Assembly: GCA_002633005.1 (NCBI GenBank)
Contig: NMRA01000194.1
Coordinates: 561,074-625,073, forward strand
DNA: 64,000 nucleotides
From: Phoronis australis
Lineage: Eukaryota; Animalia; Phoronida
Direction of reading: 5' to 3'
The notes under the pieces were generated by a model. That model had not been told where the DNA came from. It worked only from the letters and a program-made list of their open reading frames with translations, and searched no databases. Every line of letters begins with the position of its first letter. Positions within the stretch are counted from its first letter, which is position 1. A program made the translations under genes and the position numbers. Positions 1-12,672 of this stretch are shown here, piece after piece.

Positions 1-2
1 GG

Positions 3-146
3 CAGTGGATGAAGAGAAGCTGGGACGCATCTGAGATGTATCATGACATCATGAGGTGGACCTTGCAAAATCATCGATTTAAGGTGGACGCTATTAAAGG
101 CTCGGTGAATGTTGTTGTTGATTACCTTAGAAGGTTAGAGTATTGA
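3..146 (+). mobile_element. Gypsy-type LTR retrotransposon pol C-terminus (RNase H end), degenerate
   Basis: Frame 3 reads QWMKRSWDASEMYHDIMRWTLQNHRFKVDAIKGSVNVVVDYLRRLEY*, matching the Gypsy RNase H terminal motif (R-W-x-L-Q...I-K-G-x-x-N-V-x-A-D-x-L-S-R), then stops. Confidence 0.75.
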
Positions 147-189
147 TTACACCTGGAAGTTGGAGTATTTTCCTGAGAAGGGTTTGATT

Positions 190-1145
190 TATCAGAATAA
201 ATATTGATTGTATAATTAGTAGAGTTAGTTAAACTTACGTGTCCCAAATTTGTGCTTTTAAAACTGTTGTGGCTTGATACACAGGTTCTCGTGCAGCTTA
301 CCTTTACTCATATGAAAGCTTGAATACACGCTTGAGATGACGACCCACAAACGCAGACGTCCAGCGTGCAGCAGAGCCACACGAAGAGAGACCTCTCGAT
401 TCCCCAGTCACGTGACAAAACTAGAACTTACAACATCGGGCCACTGACGGAAACCCACGGACGAACACGAACACACAAGACAACGCGAAAGACGAGACCA
501 CACAAACCAACATTCACAACAAAACCATAGGGTCAAACTTGTTTTCATGTATTTTGATGTCAACATCTATTTTTAAATGTTGTTTACATCTGTTGTTCTG
601 GGGTCAATGCCCTGTAAGGATCCTAGAAATTTCTGAGGTCAAGTTGTAATATTTAATAAGGTTTTTATTAGCCAGTCGTTAGGCATTATTATAACTTGGG
701 CAAAAGTCTGGAAAATAGTTGGGTGAAGTTTGTGAGTCCAAGCTATAGGATTTGCTTCAGTGTACTGAAGGAATTATAGTACAACAGCCATCTTGTGGAA
801 GATTCTAAAGAGGGTCTTGGCACATTGTGGGTAGTAAGATACTGCCTACATGTGTTGCGTCACGAGGGACTGTGATCAGCAAGAGGAGTTGTGGGTAATC
901 AGATTCTGCCTACACGTGTCGCTAGCGTGGTGTATCGTGGGTAGAGCAATACTACAGACTTGTGTTGCGTCGCTAAGGACTGTGACTAGCAAGTACAGTG
1001 TTGAGTCCTGCAAACAGATTGGATAGCAGATAAGACGTTTGATTATTTATGGTTAATTGATTGAATTTATGCATACAGAGGGCGCTAGCGAAGTTACTCA
1101 AGTTTTCTTTATTGTTAGTCTACTTAACTAACAACAGGTTTCACT
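190..1145 (+). mobile_element. Probable 3' LTR of the Gypsy element (boundaries approximate)
   Basis: Follows the pol stop and a purine-rich tract (GAGAAGGG, ~175-182). Non-coding, with internal degenerate tandem repeats. No second LTR in the window to confirm it. Confidence 0.4.
826..1005 (+). repeat. Degenerate tandem repeat inside the putative LTR
   Basis: GTGGGTA...ATACT...TGTGTTGCGTC...GGACTGTGA..AGCAAG recurs with ~110 bp period. Confidence 0.6.
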
Positions 1146-1603
1146 TGCATTAAATAGTGGTAATTAAAAATAAATTAATTATTGCATCTACTAACTCTTG
1201 CTCCATCTACGCACAATCATGCAGCATGGCTACCTTTAAGATTAAACCCACAGTCAATTCCTGGCATAGCTAAATGCCCATATTTGTCGATAAGGTCCTA
1301 CATAACCTTAAAATAGGCTCTTAATTCTTTAAAAAAACGGAACAGCAAAATGTACTTTGGTTTCCTTTGAGTTTGTGATACACTTTTCAATATGAGTCTG
1401 AAAATATGAAATGCCCTCAGATGGGTTACCTTTCTTGGTGGAAGTCGCCAGGTATATCGTTTGCTTCGAGATGAGACACAACGGTCGCACGTGACGACAA
1501 AAATTTAAATTACATTGACTCGTAATAAAGTAAAATGAAAAGTTATCAAAAATAGTCACAGGCACGAATCAAACTCATGAAATAATGCAAGTTTTCTTTT
1601 CAG

Positions 1604-1782
1604 GGTGGAGGAAGTCTATTCCTGAATCCAGACGGTGTTTACGTCAAAGTAGACAGTCTCGCTAATCACGACTGGGGTGACAAAATGAGCGTAAGCGTCT
1701 GGTTCAGACGTAAAAGTGCACACAACCACTGCTCCACGGTGGTTGGTAATGGTTGGTGGGATCGTGGCAGTTTTGATATAAG
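1604..1782 (+). CDS. Internal exon A of a LamG-like jellyroll (Laminin_G_3/concanavalin A-like) domain protein
   Basis: Acceptor ttttcttttcag at 1592-1603 and donor AG|gtactg at 1783. Reads GGGSLFLNPDGVYVKVDSLANHDWGDKMSVSVWFRRKSAHNHCSTVVGNGWWDRGSFDI-R (phase 2 end). The SVSVWF strand is typical of the fold. Confidence 0.85.
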
Positions 1783-2149
1783 GTACTGGGCCATATCCAG
1801 AACATCTCTAGTAATTTTTATCTCTTCAGAGTTCCCTTTGAGGTTTTTCATATTTGCACATGTGCGAATTTTAGTAATACATTTTGAAATGAAAAATGAT
1901 TGGACTTATAGCGGAAGTTCTCATATGCGAAGATATGAAACACGTCCAAAGGGAATTTTGAAACTACCAAGGTATCTGAGGAGTTCCGGATTGTACCGAG
2001 CATGTGCAGACATACACACGATCCGGTGCAAATTCCGCGACACAGATCCTTCTTCTCAGTCCATTCGCATTGACGTAGTAGAGGAAATATGTGCGTTGTC
2101 AGTTCCCTTTTGAGCTGCTTTCAACCAAATCACATGCGTTTCACCTTTA

Positions 2150-2590
2150 AGTGGACGTGAGAGTATATAGACTAGATTTTCAAAAGCTTACAACTATACC
2201 ATTCCAAAATCAGGATTGCCGCACACTTTGTTTCACGAAAGTAACGTACCCTCAATTTTGGAACGCATACAAAACTGCCGATGATCTATATATTAAAACG
2301 CAGATGTTGTCTTCGAGACCGTCGGACAAAAACAACTCAGAAGCGGCCACTCGGACACCCGCCCCCACCCGACACTTCCTTGCCATTCGTTCACGACGGA
2401 ATTTTCCACTTCTAAGAGCCTGGTTTTGCGGCTTTGTGCCTTATCTTGTCGTGGCTTCAGAAATAATGCAAAGATGATTTCATCGAGAACTTTTGTTTAC
2501 TGCGGCTGAGCACGTGAAACTTTCATTCATGAACATAGAAGTTGAGGTGTAGTGATAAAGACACATTGCGTGAATGTACTTCGCGGTTTT
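2150..2590 (+). repeat. Dispersed repeat, diverged copy of the element at ~58795-59250 (opposite strand)
   Basis: CCGTCGGACAAAAACAACTCAGAAGCGGCCACTCGGACACCCGCCCCCACCCGAC aligns with the reverse complement of ~59090-59150. Spurious ORFs in both copies share PSDKNNS..T.TPAPTR. Confidence 0.75.
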
Positions 2591-3910
2591 ACCACCACCA
2601 CCACCACATTTCTATACGGCGAAATAACTTTAAAATGTGAAATGCGACATTTAAGAACGAAATATGGGATGACAATAACAAATAATAATTAGAAAGCATC
2701 TTTAACTGCACATAGTCAGGTTCACTGTGTCTGAATTTTGATATTCTTTGGGGAATGTGAAAACTACTATACATTTTTGGAAGCCTCATGGAACGACAAT
2801 TCAGAAAATAATTGATTCCATTTTTCGGCAGCCCTCTTGGCTTTTTGAAAATAATAAGATAAGTTTCGCTCAATATCTCTGCACTTGGGTGTCCTGGAGT
2901 GTAAGTTTCTATGGTACACCAGCATTTCTTTGGGCGGAGAGGTGAACATTTTGTTTTTGGGCGGCCATCTTCGATTTTCAAAAATGTCCCCAGTAAAATT
3001 CATTTTGCTCACCTCTCTGTTCTTGGGTCTCTTACAATGTTATATTTAGTGGCTGCACCCTCATTTGTGAGGCAAGGAATTGAAAACATTATTTGTGAAA
3101 CTCTACATATTATCTAAGGCAATTTTATAGCACCTACGAATATCCAAAATATTTAAAGAACCACAAAATAGACAGAAAAACGTTTTGAATAGTACACGAA
3201 TGGCCAATAAGTTTGGCAGAACATGAAGATATCATAGGCAAGTCTCTCACTGACTTTGGTGCCTTACTACTACTTCCAGAGGTGTCTCATGCGTGGTTGA
3301 GGCTGCTGATAATGTATTATGGTTACTTACATGTAGTTTAGGTAGTCGTCAGATTGTGCGGAATTGGGTTAATATTTGAGGCGGCGTTAAAATGTTTTTG
3401 TATTAAATGCGTTTGCGTAGAATATCAGTGTCAGCTCATAATTTGATACCAGTACTCTTACATGTATATCATGTTAATCTGGTGTTTCAGTTTCTCTTTT
3501 CAGCTATCTGTTTAATTAATTGAATTTTTTAAGTTTTAGTTCCTATTTGAATCTTTTCTTCGCCTAGTTATCTCTTGCAATAACGAGCTTTAAATTGATT
3601 CATTTTTTCTTTGTGCCAAGGCTGAACATCTGGTAGTAACCAAATCGGTTGTAATCAGTGGCTTGCGCTCAAATGCAGTGGTTTCATTCGGAGCGCTTCT
3701 TTTGTTCTTCGTTTGGCTTGCCATTCCATGGGGGTATACCTTTATAACTACAGTATCTATTCAAATATCCAGGGCTTTAGCATGCATAGGATGATTGTTG
3801 ATTCGGGCTGCCTTCTGAGATTCAGGGCTCTTGCCGTCTCCGTTGTATTACTGTAGGTGCTGTTACAGCTCACTCATTTAGTGTTTGTTTTTCTTCTTTG
3901 TCTTGATAGC

Positions 3911-4385
3911 TTTTTATGCGCCCACATATTTATATGTGGACGCATTATGCTGTCATCTTTGTCCGTCCGTCCGTCCATCCGTCCGGCAATCGTCCGGCGT
4001 CCGGCGTCCGCTGCTCTATCTCCAAAACCCTTTGACATACGTTCATGAAGTTTGGCACATATGCTTCATTCATGAATGGGACGGCATGAGCAAACTTTTG
4101 GACGGATTCGACTACCGGTGTGCCCCCTAGTGGCAATTTTAGTGTTTTACGATTACCGGTACCTTTGTATCTTAAAAAGTCCTTAATGGATTTTCATGAA
4201 ATTTGGTATGTAGCCACCTATTAGAAAGATGACACTATCCTCCTGTTTTCGGTTGGATTCGACGTAGTTTGCACCACCTAGTGGCCATTTTTACTGTTTT
4301 CGAGTCGTTTTTTGCGTCCACCCACCCCTCTATCAACCAAATCGCTCAAAGGATGAAAATTGGCATGTATGTGTTTACTATAAAG
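3911..4385 (+). mobile_element. Helentron-associated/DINE-1-like non-autonomous element (HINE), 3' end missing
   Basis: Begins with a T-run and a short inverted repeat (ATGCGCCCACAT...ATGTGGACGCAT), then a (GTCC)n microsatellite, then central repeats (CATGAAxTTTGG; CCTAGTGGC). Confidence 0.7.
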
Positions 4386-4389
4386 AGGA

Positions 4390-4616
4390 CGGTTGACGGT
4401 TATATAATTACTAACTATGAAATTCAATTCGTAATTAATGACCAGTTGTTCTTTGACGTCCTGTTTATGGAAATCCGTAACACCACTGTAAACTACTCAA
4501 TACGAAAAAAGAAAAAACACATCAATTTTGAACGTATTTTTGAAGAAGTCATTAATAGGCTGGAAAGCAAAGCTATTTCTACTGAAGCTGATCTAATAAC
4601 TTTAGAAGAAAAAAGA
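4390..4616 (+). mobile_element. L1/Tx1-type LINE ORF2 fragment (linker between endonuclease and RT)
   Basis: EIQFVINDQLFFDVLFMEIRNTTVNYSIRKKK resembles the post-endonuclease linker of invertebrate L1/Tx1 ORF2. Confidence 0.65.
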
Positions 4617-4617
4617 C

Positions 4618-7002
4618 CAATTACACCTGGTATTTTAATTTTAATTCGTTACCAAGATCAACTGTACAAACAAACCAAGACAACCCCTAGCAGCACACAA
4701 TCCTACGCTACATGCCACAACAATGTTAAAGTATACAACAAGATTATCAAAAAACTATTGATTCCGCCAAGCAATTTTACTTTGATGACACATTCGAAAA
4801 AGGGATGTCTGACATAAATAAACATGGGATACAATAAAGAAGTTATGAACAACGGCGTCCGAACAAAAATGATACCCCAGAATGATGTCTGACATAAATA
4901 AACATGGGATACAATAAAGAAGTTATGAACAACGGCGTCCGAACAAAAATGATACCCCAGAATGTCTCTTATGATCAGATAACCCGAAATGGCAAGTTTA
5001 TTTAACACCTACTTTGCCCAAATTGGGCCATCCCTTTCTGAATCAATAGCTCATAAAAACAAGAATTTCAAAGACTAATTTAAGTTCTCTTTCAAACTAA
5101 TTATTAATAAACATGTACTAGATATTATAAGAGACATGAACGCAAAAATAGTACTGGTCATTACTATTTATCATCTAAAATTATCAAAATTAGCAGTCCT
5201 TTTATAATTAAACCTCTCACGACCATCATCAACCAGTGCTTGCTCACTGGTATATTTCCAGATGCTCTAAAGTTTGCTAAGGTAATCCCAGTTTTTAAAC
5301 AACATGGTTTGGACCCAGAACACCCGGGCAATTATAGACCCATTTCTATTCTTCCAACAATCTCAAAAATTATAGAAAAAAATATCCATACTCAACTTTC
5401 AACTTTCCTAAATAAAAATGATATTCTTAATAAACATTAATATGGTTTCAGGAAATGTCAATCTACAGAACTTGCTTCGCTTGAACTTTTAGACCGCATT
5501 TGTTCCCATCTTGATAATGACATGAATCCCCTGGTCATCTTTCTCGATCTCTCTACAGCTTTCGACACAATAGACCACCAAATACTCTTGCAAAAGATAA
5601 AATCACTATGGTATTACTGGAGTTGAATATACACTGTTTAAGAGTTATCTCTCAAACCGTATCCAATATGTTTAACTAAGTGATACAACTTCCAGTTGGT
5701 TACCAATATCTACCGGAGTTCCCCAAGGCTCTGTCCTTGGCCCACTTCTCTTCCTAGTTTACATAAATGATCTTTCGTTTTCTTCTCCCATGGACACACT
5801 TCTTTATGCTGACGACACTTGCCTCGTCACACCTTACAAACTGACTGAATCTTCCCAACACACTTTACAGCAATCAAACACCATCAACAACAACCTTAAA
5901 TCTATTTCAGACTGGTTTTCCGTGAACAAACTTTCAATTAACACATCAAAAAGTAAATTAATGATCTTCCACTACCCCCAAAAGAAAATTGAAAAATGTA
6001 TTATTCCCACCATTTTTATAAATAGCAAAACAATATGTTATGTGAACAGTTTCCCTTTCCTTGGTATTACTGTTGACAAAAACCTCTCATGGTCCCCCAC
6101 ATTAACCTCATCTCAAAAAACTTAACAATCTCGGTGGAATCATATATAAATTGAAATCTTATCTTCCTCTTCCAGCTCTCAAGTTAATATATAATTCACT
6201 TGTCCTCCCACATTTAAACTATGGCATTGCAACTTGGGGTTTTGGCAACACTAAGAAACTTCAGAGAGCCCAGAAGAGAATCCTTAGGAATATATCAAAT
6301 TCCAGTTATAATGCTCACTCTCTGCCCATATGTAAGGAACTTCGCCTCCCTCTACTTCAAGGCATCTTTGAAATCTCAACTGCAAAATGTTACTACAAAT
6401 TCCTCAATAATCAGCTTCCTAAGTATTTTTACACTAACAACTTCTTCAGCAAACCCTTCCAATATAAACCAGCCAGACACATTAAAACTCCTACATACCT
6501 GAATCAATACTCAGCTGCTATTCCGACACTACAACCCAAAATTTTAATTCCTTCGTCCAACAAATTGTCATCAAAAGCCTGTATTAGATTTGAGATTCCT
6601 CGACTTATAAGCAACAACGAAATACCAGTCTCTGTTCTAAATATAATAAAAACACATTCTTTGCAAGCATTCTCCAGGTTCTTAACCAATTTTATTATTA
6701 GCAACTACGATCCAGTTTGTCATATTTCTAATTGTTTCATATGTAACAGTATGTAATTGTATTCTCAAAATCTCTTGAGCTGTGCCAGTCCACTTCTTGG
6801 TTCCTGGCGTGTCGGTCGTTTTCATCACTAATTCACTTTGTTTTCTTAAGTATTCCTACTGATTTTGGTTTTTCCATTTGTTTATTTTGTACAGGGACCT
6901 TGTTATTAGCGGTCAATAACCTTTAGAAGGCCTCCTAATTGAAATCAAATTTTAATCATTGTATTATTATAACTTAATGTAAATAAACGTGTTTTCTCTC
7001 TC
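4618..7002 (+). mobile_element. 5'-truncated CR1/L2(Crack)-type LINE with decayed reverse transcriptase
   Basis: Motifs [76 protein letters not shown] and LIYNSLVLPHLNYG, with several stops and frameshifts. 3' UTR ends near AATAAA at ~6982. Confidence 0.92.
4804..4963 (+). repeat. Perfect 80-bp tandem duplication
   Basis: 4804-4883 is identical to 4884-4963 (GATGTCTGACATAAATAAAC...GATACCCCAGAAT). Confidence 0.95.
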
Positions 7003-8797
7003 ACATTAGACGGAACTACAAGAATCCCTGGCAGCACTTATGGACAACCTAGAGTTCTATGCAGAGATGTCGGGGCTGAAGATAAACTATTCTAAGACAA
7101 AAGTAGTGTGGATTGGAAGTAGAAAATTCTCTCAAGAAGTGTTTCACTGCACGCGTTGGAAACTAAAATGGGGTGACGTTGATTTTAAGCTTCTGGGTAT
7201 TAATTTCAGCGTGAACTTGGAAACCATGTCCAAAGATAACTTTGATGCAAAAATAATGGAAATGAAGAATCTGATTGATATATGGTCTCGTAGAAAGCTG
7301 ACTATCTTTGGAAAGGTCACAGTATTAAAAACACTTGTGCTTCCAAAAATTATACATCTGCTAATGTTGCTCCCAAGCCCCAATGATACTACATTTCGCG
7401 ACATTGAAACTTTGTTTTTTAAATTCATTTGGGACGGAAAACCTGATAAAATAAAAGAGGAGTACTCATTAAATCCATAGAAGAGCGTGGATTGAGGATG
7501 ATTAATGTCAGAAAACTTAATATGTCTTTAAAAATGTCATGGATTAGAATATTCTTTTTAACAACATCTCCATGGACTTATTTGTTGCAAAAAGATATCG
7601 GGCTTTCTAGAGATGGAATGTTGACTCTGTGGAGACTATAGGTTAACCAGATAGGATAAGTGTAACTCTTTTTGGAGAGAATGCTTCCAGTGTTGGAGCT
7701 TTTTAGTTCACAAGCAAACTATTTCAGGTCACGAAGATGCGGTGTCAATTAATGTGTGGGCCAACAGTAGTATAACGGTGTAATACAGCCCTTGTATTTA
7801 TGAGTCATTCGTTGAAAAAGGTAGAATATTTGTGAACGATTTTTAGACTGGAATGGTAACTTCTACACCTTTGAAAGCTTCCAGAAGATTCATCAGATTA
7901 ATGTCAGCTATCTCAAATATTATTAAATTGTCAGTACAATAAAAATATTCAAATATGTTAACTTAATACTAAAAAGATATATGGACCACTTGTACCTTTT
8001 ACTCTAAAAATATTATTTTGACGTAAAAGGGATGTCGGGATTCTTACCATATTCTGTGCAAAATGACATAATACCGTCGGCACAAAAGAAAGTATTGGGA
8101 TTTTTGCTATCAGAGAAGATGTGGAATTTCTATTACAAACTTCCATATGAGGGTACGAATGACACAAGCTTACACTTTCTTTCAGTTCCGCTTACTGCAT
8201 AGAATTCTACCTATTAATTATTTTTTAAATAAGATTGGATATATGGACTCAAATACTTGTACTTTTTGTAAATACTTTCCCAAAACTCAAGAGCATTTAT
8301 TCTTTGAATGTGAATATCTTAATTCTTTCTGGCATGGGGTACGTCTCTGGTTAATGACTGCAATGCAAATAAATTTTGAAATAGACAAAACCACCATTGC
8401 ATTTGGTCTTCAAAATGAAGAGAATAGAATTTTGAATTGTTTCCTTTTACAAACTAAAATTTTCATTAATTTTTTTAAAATGAAATTTGCTAACGTCAAA
8501 CCTAATTTAAGATGTCTTAAAAAATTTAAGGGTGTGTTTTAATGAAGAAGTTAGTGCTTCGTTAAACACACGGAAATTCAATGATACAAAAAATGGGAAG
8601 ATTGGAAATGTGTTTTTGAAACATAAAGGGGCCCAGAGAGTTGACCAGATGCCAGAACAGAAACTTAAGTAGTACTTTTTAACTTGGAAGTAACAATGAA
8701 ATGCTTTCTCGTTATTTTTTGCACTGTTCTGTACGTTGTTGTGTTGTGTATATTTGTACCTGTCTTTTGTAATAAATGTATTAAGTTTAAAAAAAGT
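7003..8797 (+). mobile_element. L1/Tx1-type LINE ORF2 3' half with zinc-knuckle region and A-rich tail, degenerate
   Basis: SGLKINYSKTKVVWIGS, WSRRKLTIFGKVTVLKTLVLPK, FKFIWDGKPDKIK, FQFRLLHRILP and CTFC...EHLFFEC. AATAAA at ~8771, then an A-run at ~8789-8796. Confidence 0.9.
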
Positions 8798-11470
8798 TTA
8801 CGGTCATAAGACGGGTCAACAAGGAAGAAAGCATTAATAGATTTGGCGAAGGTGAGGTCAACGCTTTTTTCTGGTTTGAAATTCATTCTCCATTCTTGTA
8901 ACCAATAGCTGAGTTTATTCAAGTCGTATTGAAGCTGCAAAGAACTTTCAGGGGTGCTTCCTGCAAAGGGGTAAAAAGGCGCTGTGTCATTTACATAAAG
9001 GTATGTGCAACATGACAGATTATCAGGAAGGTCATTAATATAAACCAAGAAGAGAAGAGGGCCCAATACGCTACCCTGCGGTACACCTGCGTTTACAAAT
9101 CCAGGAGGGGATAAAGTTGAAAGTACGCCGTCGACACGAACACTGTATGTCCGATCGGAGAGATATGAGGTGATCATGTTTAAAAGATTCCCATAATGCC
9201 ATAGGATCGAAGAAGTTTGTGAAGTAGAAGGTTGTGAGGGACACAGTCGAAAGCAGAAGTTATATCTAGAAAAATGGACCTGACGCTCTCGCCCTTCTCA
9301 AAATGTAAATGAATCTCATGTACTATTTCAACAAGTGTGCCACGGTGCTGTTCCCACGCAAAAAACAAATTGACGATGATAGATCAAGTTATTTTGTTTG
9401 AGAAATGTAAGAATACTTTGAGCAATGATCTCGAAGATTTTGGATAGGGTGTTAAATAAAATTATTGGGCAATAATTTGAAATTTCAGTTTTGAAATCTT
9501 CTTGTGTATAGGGACCATAATTCCATGTTTCCAAGAAGACGGATATTTTCCTAGCTGAAGAAGTTTGTTAAACAGATTGGTTAAGGGCATGGTAATTTCG
9601 TTGGCAATCATGTTGATCATCTTGCTGGTGATTAAAGCTGTGCCATCATTCTTATTGGGGTCAACTTCATTGAGATACTTCCGGATATCAGTTTGATTAG
9701 CCGGGATATCAGACAGTTGCTTGAGACAACGTTCACGACGAAAGGGAGAGTTACCTACTTCAGTTGGTGTAATGTGGCTTTTGTTCGTGAAAATTTTGAG
9801 AAATGGTCACACTTGTCACTGCTAGTTGAAACTAGGTTACCATTGTGGTTGATGACTGGATGAGAGGATTGTTGTTGATTGCCACGTATTTTATTGATGA
9901 TGTTCCAGTTTTCTTTGGAGTTCTTGCTTGCACTGTTTATTTGTTGAAAAAGCTTGTGGCGGTGATCAGCTTTGGCTTGATTTACTAAAGTCTCTACTAG
10001 GCGTGACTGCTCCTTGTATCTGTATTACAGTGTTGTTAGATCTTCTGAAAGAGCTGTAAAGTCTGTTTCTTGTGCGGATTGCTCGTGTAATATTATTGTT
10101 GAACCACGGTTGGCAGTTGTGTTTAATTATATTTTCAGTTGATGAGATGTTGTTGTTTAAAATTTCATAGAGAGTACTTGTGAAGAGTGAAACAGTGTCC
10201 TCAATGCCGCCAGTGTCCAATATGGAATCCCAGTCAGTGTAGGTGATACCCTGACGTAATTTATCGGTGTCGACTTGATCATATATCCAAATGGTTCGTG
10301 TGGTGTTTTTCTTTAACCGGTTTTTTAGGTGTTAGGATGGTTTCGATTTGTGGTGTTCAGAGCTGCCAACAGGAGGCAGTACAGAACACGAGTCAATGAT
10401 ACTCAAATTGTTTGTTAAGCAGAGATAAATACATGAATGAGAAACGTCGGTGATGCGGGTTGGCTCATTAATTAGCTGTATGCAGTCATTAGACCATAAG
10501 ATATCAAACAATTGTTGTCCAGCAGTATTGTCATGATCATCATTGTACCATGTAGAGTTTCGGGCATTAAAATCACCACTGATGATTATACTGACGCTAT
10601 TGGGGTTAAGTTCCGCTAACTGATCGGCCAGGGCTTTCAAGTAAAGTTTTCTTTCAGTTGGTGACTGAGAAGGTGATCGATAAAGCAACCCATGGTAAAT
10701 TTTTTTGTGACCGAAATAAATTTCGATCCAGCATTTACATAACTGAGGACAAGTTAAGCGTGTATATTTATATTCTTTCTAACTTTTATCAATAATTTAT
10801 TGTCTGTTTTTAATCATTTACATTTATATCTTAGTTAATTATCTTGTCTTAATTTTTTATCTTCTATTTATCACATTTTATTATTTATTTTGTTTCATCA
10901 GTCTTTTCGTGTTAATTGCTTATTCTTTGCTTAATATTTAAATATTGTTTTTCATTTTGTAATTCTGTTTTTGTCTTACTATCTGTTTTTACTGAGGGCC
11001 CCCATGGAAAGCAGTGTGAATTGATTGGGCTACCGTCATTGTAAAAATTACATAAATAAATAAATGAATGAATGAATAGGACATAATTTAAATGTGTGTT
11101 TTTAGTGAATAAGATGATGCCACGGCCACTGTTACTGTGATAGGCTACACTGTAACCAAGAATTATTAGTTCATTATCAATTTCGTCTTTGGTAACATAA
11201 CAAGTTTCACAAAGATAGACAATCATATAGTCGTTGGGCAGAACAAAGTTTTTTAGAAGTTGGAATCTGGAGATATTGCTGGATTTAATGCTATTAATAT
11301 TTGAAAATAAGATCTTAAAGGTAGTATTGTCTTCAGGCTCAGGATTTTCTTCTGCATCGCCAGCTAAAAGGAGGCACATGCCAATGACGATTCCGTAATC
11401 CATACAGGTGTTATGTAAACAATAGTGAGACACATCAGTAAGCTGAACCCGCATAGCGGGATATCTCATT
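8798..11470 (-). mobile_element. CR1/L2-type LINE ORF2 (APE endonuclease + RT), degenerate and 3'-truncated
   Basis: Minus strand: [73 protein letters not shown] has decayed to YVND. Confidence 0.92.
10765..11078 (+). mobile_element. Short retroposon 3' tail (LINE/SINE end) inserted in the antisense LINE endonuclease
   Basis: A T-rich segment ending GGGCCCCC...TTGGGCTACC...(AAAT)n(GAAT)n splits the endonuclease frame between GIILFTKNTHLN and CWIEI...YRSP. Confidence 0.65.
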
Positions 11471-12493
11471 TGATGCCCTTGAGAAGAACAGAATTGTGAC
11501 CATCCGGGGGAAACATTCTAAGACCAGAGAAACTCACTCTACTCGTGCCACCCAAAGGATAGCCGTATTTAACAATTAATACACCAATGCTTATTGACAA
11601 TTCACGGGTGGTTAAATGAATAAGGTAGTCTGGGCAATTAGGGGAGTCATTCTAAAACAACATTATTTCAAATTGAAACTTATTATAAACTAAATTATGG
11701 TGACAGACAGTGTGCAACGTGATTTTTTTACGGGCAAGATTAAACAGTAGTAACCCAATTAATGTTATGGGCAACCATTCTGAAACCCACAAGAAAAATC
11801 AAATCTAGTTGTAGATAATGCACCTGACTGACAGGGAACAGAGTGAGTGTCTAGAAATTAAAATCAAATACATAGAAAGTGAGAGGTGTCAATAACACGA
11901 ACGAACAGAAATGCATCAAAAATCAAAGTGACTTGTGAATTTATCCTGACCGACAATTTGCTATGCAGTTGTCCACAAAATCAACGTTCTGTGAAACACA
12001 ACTGTCAGAAAAATTTATAATTATATAAGGGACAGCCGCTAAGGCCGGAGCTCACATATAAGAATCATTGTCCTATGTGAATATCATGCAATGTGCGATT
12101 CGGTGACACATTCAAAATAACATATGGTAAACATGTTTTCACGACAACCAAAAAATACCACATTAATACATTCTGTAGGCAGTTGCAAAAAACTTTATTA
12201 CATTTATGGTAAAGGTGCAACCGGAAAACTGTAAGAGGCAATAAGCAACAAAACTCATGCTCCAAACATGAATGATTTAGATACAGATTGAGCATTCCAT
12301 GCATTACCATTGCCTGTGGTCCGAAATTGTTACAGCAATATAAATAACCCTAAACCTGCAATGAAGCCCTCATAGCTTACCTTGTCTTACGCTAACGATG
12401 GCTATGCCATTCACTCAAGAATTGGATCCGCAACCCATTTAAATATGTTTCTATTGCTGTTTGTGTAACCATAAAATTGATATGTCATTGAAG

Positions 12494-12672
12494 GTGTAAA
12501 CCTTGGTCTGAGATAGGAACCACGATAATGACAGCTGCAGACAAACAGGGATGGGAATACCTGACATCCTTTTCAATTGACACGTGGCATCACGCTGTTC
12601 TCTCCTATGACGGCTCTGTTACATCTTTCTATTTGGACGGAAGCAAAATCAGCGGCTTGAACAGAGATTCTG
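12494..12672 (+). CDS. Internal exon B of the LamG-like domain protein
   Basis: aag|G acceptor; the first G completes AG+G=Arg from exon A. Reads CKPWSEIGTTIMTAADKQGWEYLTSFSIDTWHHAVLSYDGSVTSFYLDGSKISGLNRDS, with donor G|gtaagc. WHH..L.YDG....FYLDG is the LamG_3/pentraxin-fold hallmark. Confidence 0.9.

Noticed and set aside
1685-2113. 142-aa ORF as a stand-alone gene
   Set aside because: Only the part up to 1782 is LamG-like; the rest is read-through into the intron past the GT donor.
3040-3870. Possible Penelope-like or other retroelement relic on the minus strand
   Set aside because: Only vague protein-like stretches, with no diagnostic RT or GIY-YIG motif.
1604-12672. Exons A and B are both 179 bp, suggesting exon duplication
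   Set aside because: They show no sequence similarity and have different phases, so this is coincidence.
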